64,000 nt of DNA from an uncultured cyanobacterium (GTDB lineage Bacteria; Cyanobacteriota; Cyanobacteriia; CAKZMO01). A program made the translations under genes and the position numbers. Shown here in pieces: positions 1 to 9,779 of the stretch. Position 1 is the first letter of the stretch. Each line of letters starts with the position of its first letter. Where the stretch lies: the NCBI GenBank assembly GCA_963719515.1, contig CAVRCJ010000001.1, positions 96,001-160,000 of the forward strand, read 5' to 3'. Under the pieces are notes generated by a model, which saw only the letters and a program-made list of their open reading frames with translations, had not been told where the DNA came from and did no database searches.

Positions 1-64
1 GGGTGATCAGCACGGGGGGTGCCGCCTCAGGTTGAGACGGCTGCTCGGGGTATAGGAATGTCAT
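1..64 (-). CDS. Small uncharacterised protein, 5' part only (MTFLYPEQPSQPEAAPPVLIT...), runs off the window edge; paralog of 25208..25486
   Basis: ATG at 64-62; N-terminus MTFLYPEQPxxxEAA matches the ORF at 25208; same upstream leader. Confidence 0.75.
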   Translation of the reverse strand, partial: MTFLYPEQPSQPEAAPPVLIT

Positions 65-279
65 GATTTTGTTGAGTTAATGGGCAAGAAGCCCAAAAAC
101 TTGGCCATCCCGGACTATGGCATGTCTAGGATGGCCTCTTGCGATTGGTTAAAATCACAAAAGTCCAAGACAGCGTACATCTGTCGCGGGCTAGGGCGCG
201 ATCGTCACCGTGAATGGCGATCGCGTCCGCTGCTGACCAAATTTTTGGGAAGGTAGAGCTAGGTGTTAAACAGCTCTAG
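65..279 (-). ncRNA. Candidate structured RNA leader, copy A
   Basis: Six hairpins in the same order as at 24995-25207, with shared linker TCCCAAnAnTTTGGTCA and stems GACAG/CTGTC and GGCCATCC/GGATGGCC. Confidence 0.65.
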
Positions 280-285
280 ATAGAG

Positions 286-314
286 AGGATAGCGCACCTA
301 GTACAAAGGGGCAA
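286..314 (-). promoter_or_regulatory. Sigma70-type promoter for leader A (TTGCCC-17bp-TATCCT)
   Basis: Same -35 hexamer and 17-bp spacing as upstream of copy B; ends ~7 nt before the first hairpin. Confidence 0.55.
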
Positions 315-478
315 GTGTGTTGTGCTCTTGGCAAAGGGCCCCACCTTTCCCCTACGTCTGCCCAGCCACCGAGCTGATGGCCCGACAGATGCGCCTTTTC
401 GACGTCCAGATAATGGCCGCCACCACCGCCAGCCCCACCCCAGCCAACCCATAGGTGGAGGCAAAACCGACGCTAGCG

Positions 479-619
479 CTAATGGGTTGGGAGACAATGG
501 GCGACAGAAACTGTCCCAGAAAATGGTGGCCCCCGACAGATCATCGTTTCCAGCGGCACCTGACAACCGATGCCGCCAGAGCCGCCGGTAAGGGCAGCAA
601 CCTTTCCATTCAAATTCAC
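479..619 (-). pseudogene. SDR oxidoreductase N-terminal remnant
   Basis: MNLNGKVAALTGGSGGIG (TGxxxGIG Rossmann motif), then similarity is lost. Confidence 0.6.
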
Positions 620-632
620 AGATTTTCCACCC

Positions 633-1432
<800 letters not shown>

Positions 1433-1593
1433 CCTCAAAGGGCTTTGCGAGTGGGCGATCGCTCACTTTGATGAGGTGGAGGTAGCGCGAGAACAGACCT
1501 GCGTCACGGAGCCGTAGGGCCAAGTGCTGAAAATCCATGCTGGAGCAGTCTGAGGAAGCTTCACGGGAACGCTCTCAATTTACGTACGGCGTA

Positions 1594-1660
1594 GGCTTAT
1601 TGTGAGACTTGTGCTCTTACGGTAAGTCTGATAATAATACTATTAATCTCATATTAATAT
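1594..1660 (+). repeat. Three-box palindromic site, copy 1
   Basis: GGCTTA-TTG-TGAGAC (1594), CTCTTA-CGG-TAAGTC (1614), ATCTCA-TAT-TAATAT (1646). Confidence 0.6.
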
Positions 1661-1722
1661 AAAGGGGTGCAGCGGCGCTTCGGGACCGCTCCTAGGGCTG
1701 CGGCCCGCCCACCCAAAGACCA

Positions 1723-3669
1723 TCACGTTCTGAGCACCCGTCCAGCATTCAAAATAGCCAGTAGAGCTACCCCCACATCAGCGAACACCGCTTCCCAAAG
1801 CGTGGCGATGCCTATTGCACCTAGGGCAATGAAAAGGGCTTTGACAGCCATAGCAAGAATGATGTTTTGCCAAACAATCTTCAGGGTTCTGCGGGCGATC
1901 GCGATCGCTTCAGCCACCTTGGCGGGCGAGTCGGTCATAATCACCACGTCGGCGGTCTCGATGGCCGCATCGGAGCCCAAGGCCCCCATCGCGATACCCA
2001 CGTCAGCCCGAGCGATCGCCGGGGCGTCGTTGATGCCGTCTCCCACGAAAGCAACTTTGCCGTTGGTTCGCTTGGCCTGCTGTAGGAACGCTTCTAGGGC
2101 ATTGACCTTATCCTCAGGCAAAAGCTCAGCGCGGTGCTGGTCAATCCCGATTCTCTGCGCAATGCCGTCGGCAACGGATTGGCGATCGCCCGTAAGCATG
2201 GCGGTCTCAATGCCCTGAACTTTCAGGGTACGAATGGCCTCGGCGGCATCGGGCTTCAGCGCATCGGCGATGAGAATCCGTCCGGTATACGTCCCTTCTA
2301 CGGCAAGATGGACCACTGTCCCCTCCATCTCACAGGCCTCATGGGGGACAGACTCTCGGTGCAGCAGCCGGTCATTCCCCGCAATCACTCGCTGCCCGTT
2401 CACGCGGGCGCGAATGCCGTGGCCCGAAATCTCTTCGTAGTCTCGCACCTCAGACCCATTCACCGGCTGTCCGTAGGCCCGCCGAATCGACTGCGCCACA
2501 GGATGATTGGACTGAGACTCAGCTTGGGCCGCTAGGGCCAGCAGTTGCCCTTGGCTCAAGCCGTTTTCGGAAACCACCTCGACAACTCGAAAGTTGCCCT
2601 GGGTGAGGGTACCCGTCTTGTCAAACACCACCGTCTTCACCTGGGTTAAGGTATCCAAGAACGTCGAACCCTTAACCAAAATGCCGCGCTTCGCCGCCCC
2701 GCCCACGCCGCCAAAGTAGCCTAAAGGAATGCTAATGACGAGGCCGCAGGGGCAGGAAATCACCAGCAGGACTAAAGCCCTGTAGGTCCATTCCGCTGGC
2801 GTTGCACCGGGCAGCAGCAGCGGCGGCAGAATCGCCACGGCCAAGGAGAGAACCACCACCACAGGGGTGTAGTAGCGGGCGAAGCGGGTGATGAACTTCT
2901 CGGTGTCGGCCTTTTTACTGCTGGCGCTTTCCACCAGCTCTAAAATTCTAGAAATAGAGGACGCTTCAAAGGGCTTGGTGACCCGCACGGTAAGCGCTCC
3001 GGACTGATTGATCATGCCCGCCAGCACGGAGTCGCCTACAGACAAACGGCGGGGCATCGACTCCCCCGTGAGCGCAGAGGTGTCAACCTGAGTGCTCCCT
3101 TCTAGGACTTCCCCGTCTAGAGGCACTTTTTCCCCAGGGCGCACCAAAATTACGTCCCCAACGCTCACCGAGTCCGGAGAGACCTGGCGAACTTCCCCGT
3201 TGACCTTCAAATTGGCCGTATCCGGTCGCACCTCTAGCAGCGCCTTAATCGACCGCCGCGATCGCCCTACGGAATAGCCCTGGAACAGCTCCCCCACCTG
3301 AAAGAACAGCATTACGGCTACCGCTTCAGGAATTTCGTGAATGGCGATCGCCCCTAGGGTTGCGATGGTCATCAAAAAATTCTCGTCAAAAATTCGTCCC
3401 CGCACAATGTTGCGTCCGGCAGTGGTCAGCACGCTCCAGCCGCTGAGCAGATAGGCAGGCATTAGAACCGCGTATTCGGCGATGGCGAAGGGGGTATTGT
3501 GCAGCGCGGTATTGAAGATTAGCCCCACCAGAAACAAGACAGCGGCGATCGCGATGGGCGGTAGTTCGTTGCGCAGGTCAAACTCGTCTGAGTCGTGCCT
3601 GTGTCCATGGCTATGATTGTGCCCAGGGTCATGGCCGCAGCTACCGCACCCGGCGTGGAATTCTGTCAT
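1723..3669 (-). CDS. cadA: Zn/Cd-translocating P1B-type ATPase (ZiaA/CadA-like)
   Basis: His/Cys-rich N-terminus, TGES, CPC, DKTGT, HP and GDGINDAP motifs. Confidence 0.93.
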   Translation of the reverse strand: MTEFHAGCGSCGHDPGHNHSHGHRHDSDEFDLRNELPPIAIAAVLFLVGLIFNTALHNTPFAIAEYAVLMPAYLLSGWSVLTTAGRNIVRGRIFDENFLMTIATLGAIAIHEIPEAVAVMLFFQVGELFQGYSVGRSRRSIKALLEVRPDTANLKVNGEVRQVSPDSVSVGDVILVRPGEKVPLDGEVLEGSTQVDTSALTGESMPRRLSVGDSVLAGMINQSGALTVRVTKPFEASSISRILELVESASSKKADTEKFITRFARYYTPVVVVLSLAVAILPPLLLPGATPAEWTYRALVLLVISCPCGLVISIPLGYFGGVGGAAKRGILVKGSTFLDTLTQVKTVVFDKTGTLTQGNFRVVEVVSENGLSQGQLLALAAQAESQSNHPVAQSIRRAYGQPVNGSEVRDYEEISGHGIRARVNGQRVIAGNDRLLHRESVPHEACEMEGTVVHLAVEGTYTGRILIADALKPDAAEAIRTLKVQGIETAMLTGDRQSVADGIAQRIGIDQHRAELLPEDKVNALEAFLQQAKRTNGKVAFVGDGINDAPAIARADVGIAMGALGSDAAIETADVVIMTDSPAKVAEAIAIARRTLKIVWQNIILAMAVKALFIALGAIGIATLWEAVFADVGVALLAILNAGRVLRT

Positions 3670-3691
3670 AGGTTTTGCTCAGAAAAGCTTG

Positions 3692-3717
3692 AACAACTGA
3701 AGGGATATTCAGATATT
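3692..3717. promoter_or_regulatory. SmtB/ZiaR-type operator upstream of the ATPase
   Basis: Imperfect 12-2-12 inverted repeat AACAACTGAAGGGATATTCAGATATT (TGAA-N6-TTCA core). Confidence 0.75.
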
Positions 3718-3770
3718 AGGAAGCAGCACGGGCTGTTGACAACCGTAGCGATATCTTTGTGGAGGTGAGC

Positions 3771-4994
3771 TTACGCCTCGTCGACATGCTCAGCCACATC
3801 TCGGTAAGGGACATTCAAGCAAAACGTCGTCCCAACTTGAGCGTCTAGACTTAGAAGGAGTTGTTGAAACCGGGTAGGCAAGAGTGGAACTGACAGAAGG
3901 TGTTAAATCGCTTTTCATTGAGACCGCAGAAACGCTCAAAGGGCACGAGCGCCGTCGTTTCATGGCAAAGACAGTTACCGAACTGGGGCCAGGAGGGCAA
4001 CGGCTGGCCGAGCGGGAGCTGGGGTGGAGCCGCGAGGTGATTCGAAAAGGGCAGCGAGAAGTGAGCAGCGGCATCATCTGCATCGATAACTTCAAGGGGA
4101 GGGGACGAAACCCAACAGAGCACTACTTGCCGAGGCTGGTAGAAGATTTACGCTCTATCGTCGATAGTCAAAGTCAAAGCGACCCGCAGTTCAAAAACCA
4201 GCGGCTATACACCCGGCTGAGCGTAGCGCAGGTAAGGTCGCAGCTGATTGAGAGCAAAGGCTACCTATCAGAGGAATTGCCCAGCAACGAACCTGGCTTA
4301 CTATCCGCCCTACCACAGCAAGTACAACCCTGTTGAGCGCGTTTGGGGCATCTTAGAGCAGCACTGGAACGGCAGCATCCTCGATGAGGTTGACACCGTG
4401 GTGCGCTTTGCCCGAACGATGTGCTGGCGAGGACGACCTCCAGTGGTCACCTTGGTGACGAAGACCTATCAAACTGGGGTCAAGCTGACTCAAAAAGCGA
4501 TGGTCCAGGTGGAACAACAAATCCAAAGACTCTCTCACACTGACCAAGAAGGGCTCCCTGACCTCGGCAAGTGGTTTGTGGACATCCCCTGGACCACAGC
4601 TTGAGCATTGGCATACTTTTTTCTTTGAATGTCCCTAAAGCGCCACAATATGCTCATCCGCTAGGCTGTAGTAGACGTTGCGGCCCTGGCGGCGATATTT
4701 AACTAACCGGTGCGATCGCAGTACCCGCAGCTGGTGCGACACCGCTGATTCTCCCATTGTGACGGCAGCGGCTAAGTCACAGACGCAAAGCTCCTGCTGT
4801 GCTAGGGCTGAGAGCAGCTTTAGTCGGTGGGGGTCGGAGAGGGCGCTAAAAAATTCTGCCATCCGCTGCGCTTTCTCCGTTTCAAGCACTTTGGGCTGGA
4901 CCTGACGCACGTTGTTGAGGTGGACGAGCGGTTCCGCACAACCGGGAATATTGGGGCGAGGATCTCTTTCTTTGGCGGAGCGAGAGGCGACCAT
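3771..4994 (-). pseudogene. ArsR/SmtB-family metal-sensing repressor (ZiaR/SmtB-like) interrupted by an IS
   Basis: ELCVCDLA...SAVSHQLR...LADEHIVAL at 4994-4636; the C-terminus YRDVAEHVDEA* lies at 3807-3771 beyond the IS. Confidence 0.9.
3808..4635 (+). mobile_element. ISAzo13-family element, apparently internally deleted (828 bp)
   Basis: Terminal IRs GGGACATTCAA; TAA target duplication (3805-07 and 4636-38); transposase N-terminus (3884-) joined out of frame to C-terminus LAYYPPYHSKYNPVERVWGILEQHWNG. Confidence 0.85.
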
Positions 4995-5046
4995 GATGAG
5001 CGAACCTCGAAGTATTTCTGTAACCTATGGTACTAGTGATCCCTGT

Positions 5047-5068
5047 CACCTGAACGCTTGTTCAGATA
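5047..5068. promoter_or_regulatory. Second SmtB-type operator (autoregulation of the repressor)
   Basis: CACCTGAACGCTTGTTCAGATA, TGAAC...GTTCA core ~50 bp upstream of the repressor start. Confidence 0.7.
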
Positions 5069-5263
5069 AGTTAGCATTCTTGCAACCTGTGCTAGATGGC
5101 GTGCTGCGTACCTGTACTCAGTCTAGCCAAGGCGAAGGGGTGGCATCTTGAAATGCTCAGCGCAACTGCTGATGGAGTTTCAGCATCAGGTTGTCTACAT
5201 AATTTCAATCTTATTGAGCTTATAGCCCCCTTTAGACCAGCGATTACGCTGTGCTAGCCAAAA

Positions 5264-6022
5264 ATGTACAACCTAAAGAATTTCGCGAAAGAAGATGTGT
5301 TTGAGAGTGCAATAGCGCTTCGGAACATGGATAATGAGTCAGCTAATACTGAAGAAACTGCCAACAAAATAGTCAAATATATTTATAGCAAATTTACCTT
5401 TCCTGATACTGAAGAAAGCGCCTGTGCTTTAGTCCGTTTTTTTAAAACCCATCCCTATCAGCTGCTAGAAGATGACGTTCAGAAAGCGGCTCAGGCGCTT
5501 ATAGGCAGGGAGGATATACCTGCTGCTACACAATGTCTAACGTTGCTCGGAACTGCTGGCGACAGGCCAGAGTGGAATTTCAGGCAAGGGTCAAACGGGC
5601 ATCAGGCAATTCCGCTAATCGACGGAGACTTTGTGCGCGGCATCCCTATGATTTTTCAGCTGATTAGGCAATTCGGCTTAGATGTTAGCACTGTGCTTGA
5701 AGGCTCTCCTACCATGATTACTCAGTCTGCCTGCAGGGGATTCAACGTTTTCTACGTTCCTGAAGCCTTGGACAGTCCCTATATTCCTGCCCAAAGTGAT
5801 TTTGTGGCTCCCCATAAGGTTCAGTCGGTTTTAGGGTTTGGCGGGTTATTGGCGACTGGAGACTTATTCGCGGTTATTCTATTCAGTAAAGTTTTTATCC
5901 CGCTTGAAACAGCCAAACAGTTTAAGTGGCTCTCGGCTTATGTTCGTCTTGCTGCTGAGAAGTTTGATCGGGAGAAAACCTTTGCTAGAAGCTTGAAGCC
6001 ACAGAGCCCGGTAAAATCCTGA
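5264..6022 (+). CDS. Uncharacterised protein; stand-alone sensor-like (possibly GAF-like) domain
   Basis: 252-aa ORF; LVRFFKTHPY / CLTLLGTAG / VLGFGGLL motifs recalled from N-termini of cyanobacterial kinases. Confidence 0.6.
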   Translation: MYNLKNFAKEDVFESAIALRNMDNESANTEETANKIVKYIYSKFTFPDTEESACALVRFFKTHPYQLLEDDVQKAAQALIGREDIPAATQCLTLLGTAGDRPEWNFRQGSNGHQAIPLIDGDFVRGIPMIFQLIRQFGLDVSTVLEGSPTMITQSACRGFNVFYVPEALDSPYIPAQSDFVAPHKVQSVLGFGGLLATGDLFAVILFSKVFIPLETAKQFKWLSAYVRLAAEKFDREKTFARSLKPQSPVKS

Positions 6023-6099
6023 CGGACTTCGCTGGGAGGAGATGCGGCGTACTGCATCTTCGAGAATGGCCCGCAGTTCAGCAGCGCCAAAGTTTGCTT

Positions 6100-6165
6100 G
6101 TCTCGCGTCAAGACTCGCTTCATCAATATTAGTCTAACTATGAGATACGCAGTCTCTCATGAGAC
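6100..6165 (-). repeat. Three-box palindromic site, copy 2
   Basis: GTCTCG-CGT-CAAGAC (6100), GTCTAA-CTA-TGAGAT (6132), GTCTCT-CA-TGAGAC (6152). Confidence 0.65.
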
Positions 6166-6272
6166 AAGGTGGTGGGGCGATCGCTCCCTGCCGCCCGCCT
6201 CGCGCAGGCGTTCTAATTAGGCCCTAATATAAAGCTCTAAGCGCCGTTATTGTCAGGCGTAGCAGGAGCAGC

Positions 6273-8052
6273 TTGGTTGATTCTCAGCCCCAATCCTCTT
6301 CCCTACGGCATCTACGGCGGGTGCTGGGTCGTCTCGCCGCCTATCCCGCCCTTGCCCTCGGCACGTTGGGGAGTGCCCTGCTGCTGGTGGCGGCCTATGT
6401 GGCCACGCCGCAGCTGTTCCGCTGGGCCATCGACGAGGGCATCACCAAAGGCAACTTCACCGTCATCCTGCACAGCGGCATTGGGCTATTGATCGCCGCC
6501 GTGGCCCGTGGCCTGTTCAACTTTGGACAGAGCTTTTGCGCCGAGGCCCTGTCCCAAAGCGTGGTCTACGACCTGCGCAACCGCATCTTTAGCAAAATTC
6601 AGACCCTCAGCTTTAGCTACCACGACCAGGCCCAGACCTCTCAGCTGCTGACGCGGGTGACCAGCGACATTGAGCAGATTCGCACTTTTTTGAGCACCAA
6701 CCTGGTGCAGGTGATCAGCGGCTCCGTCACCCTGGTGACCATCGCCGTGCTGCTGCTGGTGATGAACTGGGAGCTGGCCCTGATCAGCCTGACGGTGGTG
6801 CCCATCGCGGGGTGGCTAATGGCGCGGTTTTTTAGCCGCAATAACCTACTGTTTCGCCGGGTTCAAGAGCAGCTCAGCGATCTCAACGGGGTGCTGCAGG
6901 AAAATCTGCTGGGGGTGCGGGTGGTGAAGGCCTTTGTGCGGGGGCCGGTGGAAACCGAGCGCTATACCCGGCTCAACCAGGACCTGGTGGCCGCTAACCT
7001 GAAGACCATCCAGGCAATCCGCAATACGTTTCCGTTTATGTTCCTGGCCAGCAACCTGGTGATTGTGGTGGTGATCGGCTACGGCGGGGCGGCGGTGATT
7101 GACCAGCGCTTTTCGGTGGGGGAGCTGGTGGCCTTTAACGCCTATCTGCTGCTGATTTTGCAGCCGATTTTGCTGATTGGCTTTGCGGCCCCGGCGATCG
7201 CCCAGGCGGCGGCTTCGGCGGAGCGGGTCTATGAGGTGGTGGACGCTGAGGTTGAAATTAAGGACCGGCCCCGGGCGGTGCCCTTCGAGCGATTGCGGCG
7301 GCAGAATCACCTTCGAAGACGTCTCCTTCCGCTATCCGGGGGCCACTACCCCGGCCCTGTGCCACATTTCTTTTGAAACCAAGCCCAACGAGCTAATCGC
7401 TATTTTGGGCATGACCGGCTCGGGCAAGAGCACCGTCACCAACCTGATTCCTCGCTTTTACGACGTAACCTCGGGGGCAGTGCGCATCGACGGGCGAGAC
7501 GTGCGGGACTTTACCCTCCACAGTTTGCGATCGCGCATCAGCACGGTGTTTCAGGAGACTACTCTGTTCTCGGGCACGATTTTTTCTAACATCGCCTACG
7601 CCAAGCCCGAGGCTACCCTAGACCAGGTGATGGAGGCGGCGAAAGCGGCCCAAATCCACGACTTTGTGGCTGGCCTGCCGGAGGGCTACGACACGGAGGT
7701 GGGAGAGCGAGGGGTGGGGCTTTCGGGCGGCCAGAAGCAGCGGGTGGCGATCGCCCGTACTCTGCTTACGGACTACAAGATTTTGATTCTGGATGACAGC
7801 ACTTCTGCGGTGGATGCCCAGACCGCTGCCCAGATTCAGGCGTCGCTGGATGACCTGATGCGCCGCCGCACCTGCACGTCGTTTGTGGTGGCGCAGCGAA
7901 TTAGCACGGTGCGCAATGCGGACCGGATTTTGCTGATGGATAAGGGGCGACTGGTGGCGCAGGGGACCCATGAGTTGCTGATGGCGAGCAGTCCGCTGTA
8001 TGGGGTGATTTTGGAGTCTCAGGTTGGGGCAGCCCCGGCGCTGACGGGGTGA
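6273..8052 (+). CDS. ABC exporter permease/ATP-binding subunit; +1 frameshift near 7293
   Basis: TMD ORF 6273-7376 plus NBD ORF (GMTGSGKS, LSGGQKQR, ILDDSTS); removing one T in CGATTGC restores the frame. Confidence 0.88.
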
Positions 8053-8072
8053 GCTATGGTTGTGATATTTTC

Positions 8073-8303
8073 ATGAGCATGGGGATAGTCAACACCATTG
8101 CAGAATTTGCCACGGCTCAGGGCTGCAAGAATGCCTACGAGTTTTGGAAGCTTACAGGGCTATCCCAACCCACTGCTTACCGCCTCTACAATGACCGCGA
8201 CGCATTCCCCTCGAAAGAGACGCAGGCGGCTATCTGCAGCGCGTTCAATGCACAGCCAGGCGATTTCCTGCGGTATTTAGAAGATGGCGAGGATTGTAGC
8301 TAA
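8073..8303 (+). CDS. Cro/C1-type HTH transcriptional regulator
   Basis: AYEFWKLTGLSQPTAYRLY...ICSAFNAQPGDFL pattern. Confidence 0.75.
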   Translation: MSMGIVNTIAEFATAQGCKNAYEFWKLTGLSQPTAYRLYNDRDAFPSKETQAAICSAFNAQPGDFLRYLEDGEDCS

Positions 8304-8484
8304 CCCGCTCGCGCGCTCCTGGATCTTTGTTTGGCCGTGTGGATGTCTTTTACCAGCACCTGCAGCAAGTCTTTGGCAAAGCGTTGGTCAACCCTGTCCA
8401 ATACAACCCCACAAGACATCACGCATTGGCGAACGATGGGCCGACGCTATAGCTACACTTGAGATAGCGTTACCCTAGCCCACT

Positions 8485-8718
8485 ATGTCTGCAAGTGACC
8501 CTCTGAGTCCTACCCATACTGTGCTGGAAGCCGTAATACAGGAGATTAGGCGAACGCTATCTGAGCATTTGCCCAATTTTCTATAAATGATTCGACTGTT
8601 TCGAGCAAGTGTCGCCCTAAAGGCGGCTTAGGAAAGCTTTCGTCAAGGTTGGCATGAGGAAATGAGCGGGCAAGCGCTGCTGCGCTCTGAACTCTGGCGA
8701 GATATTGATGCCGAGTGA
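8485..8718 (+). pseudogene. Putative type II antitoxin remnant (two in-frame stops)
   Basis: ...IQEIRRTLSEHLPNFL*MIRLFRASVALKAA*ESFRQGWHEEMSGQALLRSELWRDIDAE*; its 3' end overlaps a short MPSE... start. Confidence 0.5.
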
Positions 8719-9263
8719 GCGATCGTTGGTCAATCTTGAGTTTCGCCTGAATCTGTATACAACTAGCTATGAGCTGAATATCGCTTTTCGGGTATGGCTA
8801 CGCTGGGTCGGTAGGCAACCTAACTAAACTATTGATGCTGACTTAAAAATGCCTACCTATCTCCATGGATGCTATTGAACACTATTTATGAAGACTGTTG
8901 AGTTTTTAAAATTTAGCCTAATCTATAACTTTTCGCGCTCTAGAAAAGCAATAACCTATTAGAACAATAGACAAGCTTTTCGGCGGTCCAAAATAGTTAA
9001 CAATTATTAACAAACTAATCTTTTGATTTCTTTAATTAGCTCAAATTCAGTCGCAGAGTGAATTTCGGCATAATGCATGCTTGTCCTTCAAGTTCAAATG
9101 CCCTAAAAATATAGATAATTCATACCAAGCTATACTATACGGCTTGATATGCCTTCAACACAAAGCTTTGAGCTAATGGCTAAGATGAATTTAGTACAAA
9201 GACTCAGCGTCATAATTCGCTGTGATTTACTGGGTCTTTCCCAATTAGAAAAGGACTGTTGAA

Positions 9264-9506
9264 ATGCCAAAAAATATGAAGCCAAACTTTCCGTACGCTC
9301 GCTTTATGCCAGATAACTTTTTTTCTTTCCTGCTGTTTTTGATTGCGCTGACGCTTCTTCTTCCTCGACCTGTGCAAATTATCTACACTAATAACTCACC
9401 CAACACAACTGCAAAGCAATCTAATCCTGTGGAGACAGATATCAATAATGAATCCCCTAACGCAGCTATAGAAGAGTCTGAGCGCGCTGAAGAAGACACC
9501 CCATAA
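9264..9506 (+). CDS. Small hypothetical membrane-anchored protein
   Basis: AAAGGA upstream; one hydrophobic segment plus polar tail; AT-rich context. Confidence 0.4.
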   Translation: MPKNMKPNFPYARFMPDNFFSFLLFLIALTLLLPRPVQIIYTNNSPNTTAKQSNPVETDINNESPNAAIEESERAEEDTP

Positions 9507-9779
9507 GTGTTCAGGAACTAGACGATCTTGTACAGTGAATAGAACTTGTTGCTGTTGCCAAAGACCATTCTATGGAGCAAAATATTTGCGAAACTCTTGA
9601 ACCCCGCTACGTCTCTCGCTCACCTGTGATTGAGCGAATTCGTCAGCGTTGGTCAACCTTATCCAATACGACCCCAGAAGACATGAGCATTGGCGAACAG
9701 TAGGCCGTCTTGATAGAGTTCTATCACCCAGCGATCGCCTGCTCCGCTCAGACAACTCTTATTCCCCCGCACCTACCCC

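Noticed and set aside
1667..2535. Antisense ORFs over the ATPase (and similar shadow ORFs elsewhere)
   Set aside because: GC-rich opposite-strand artefacts of real genes.
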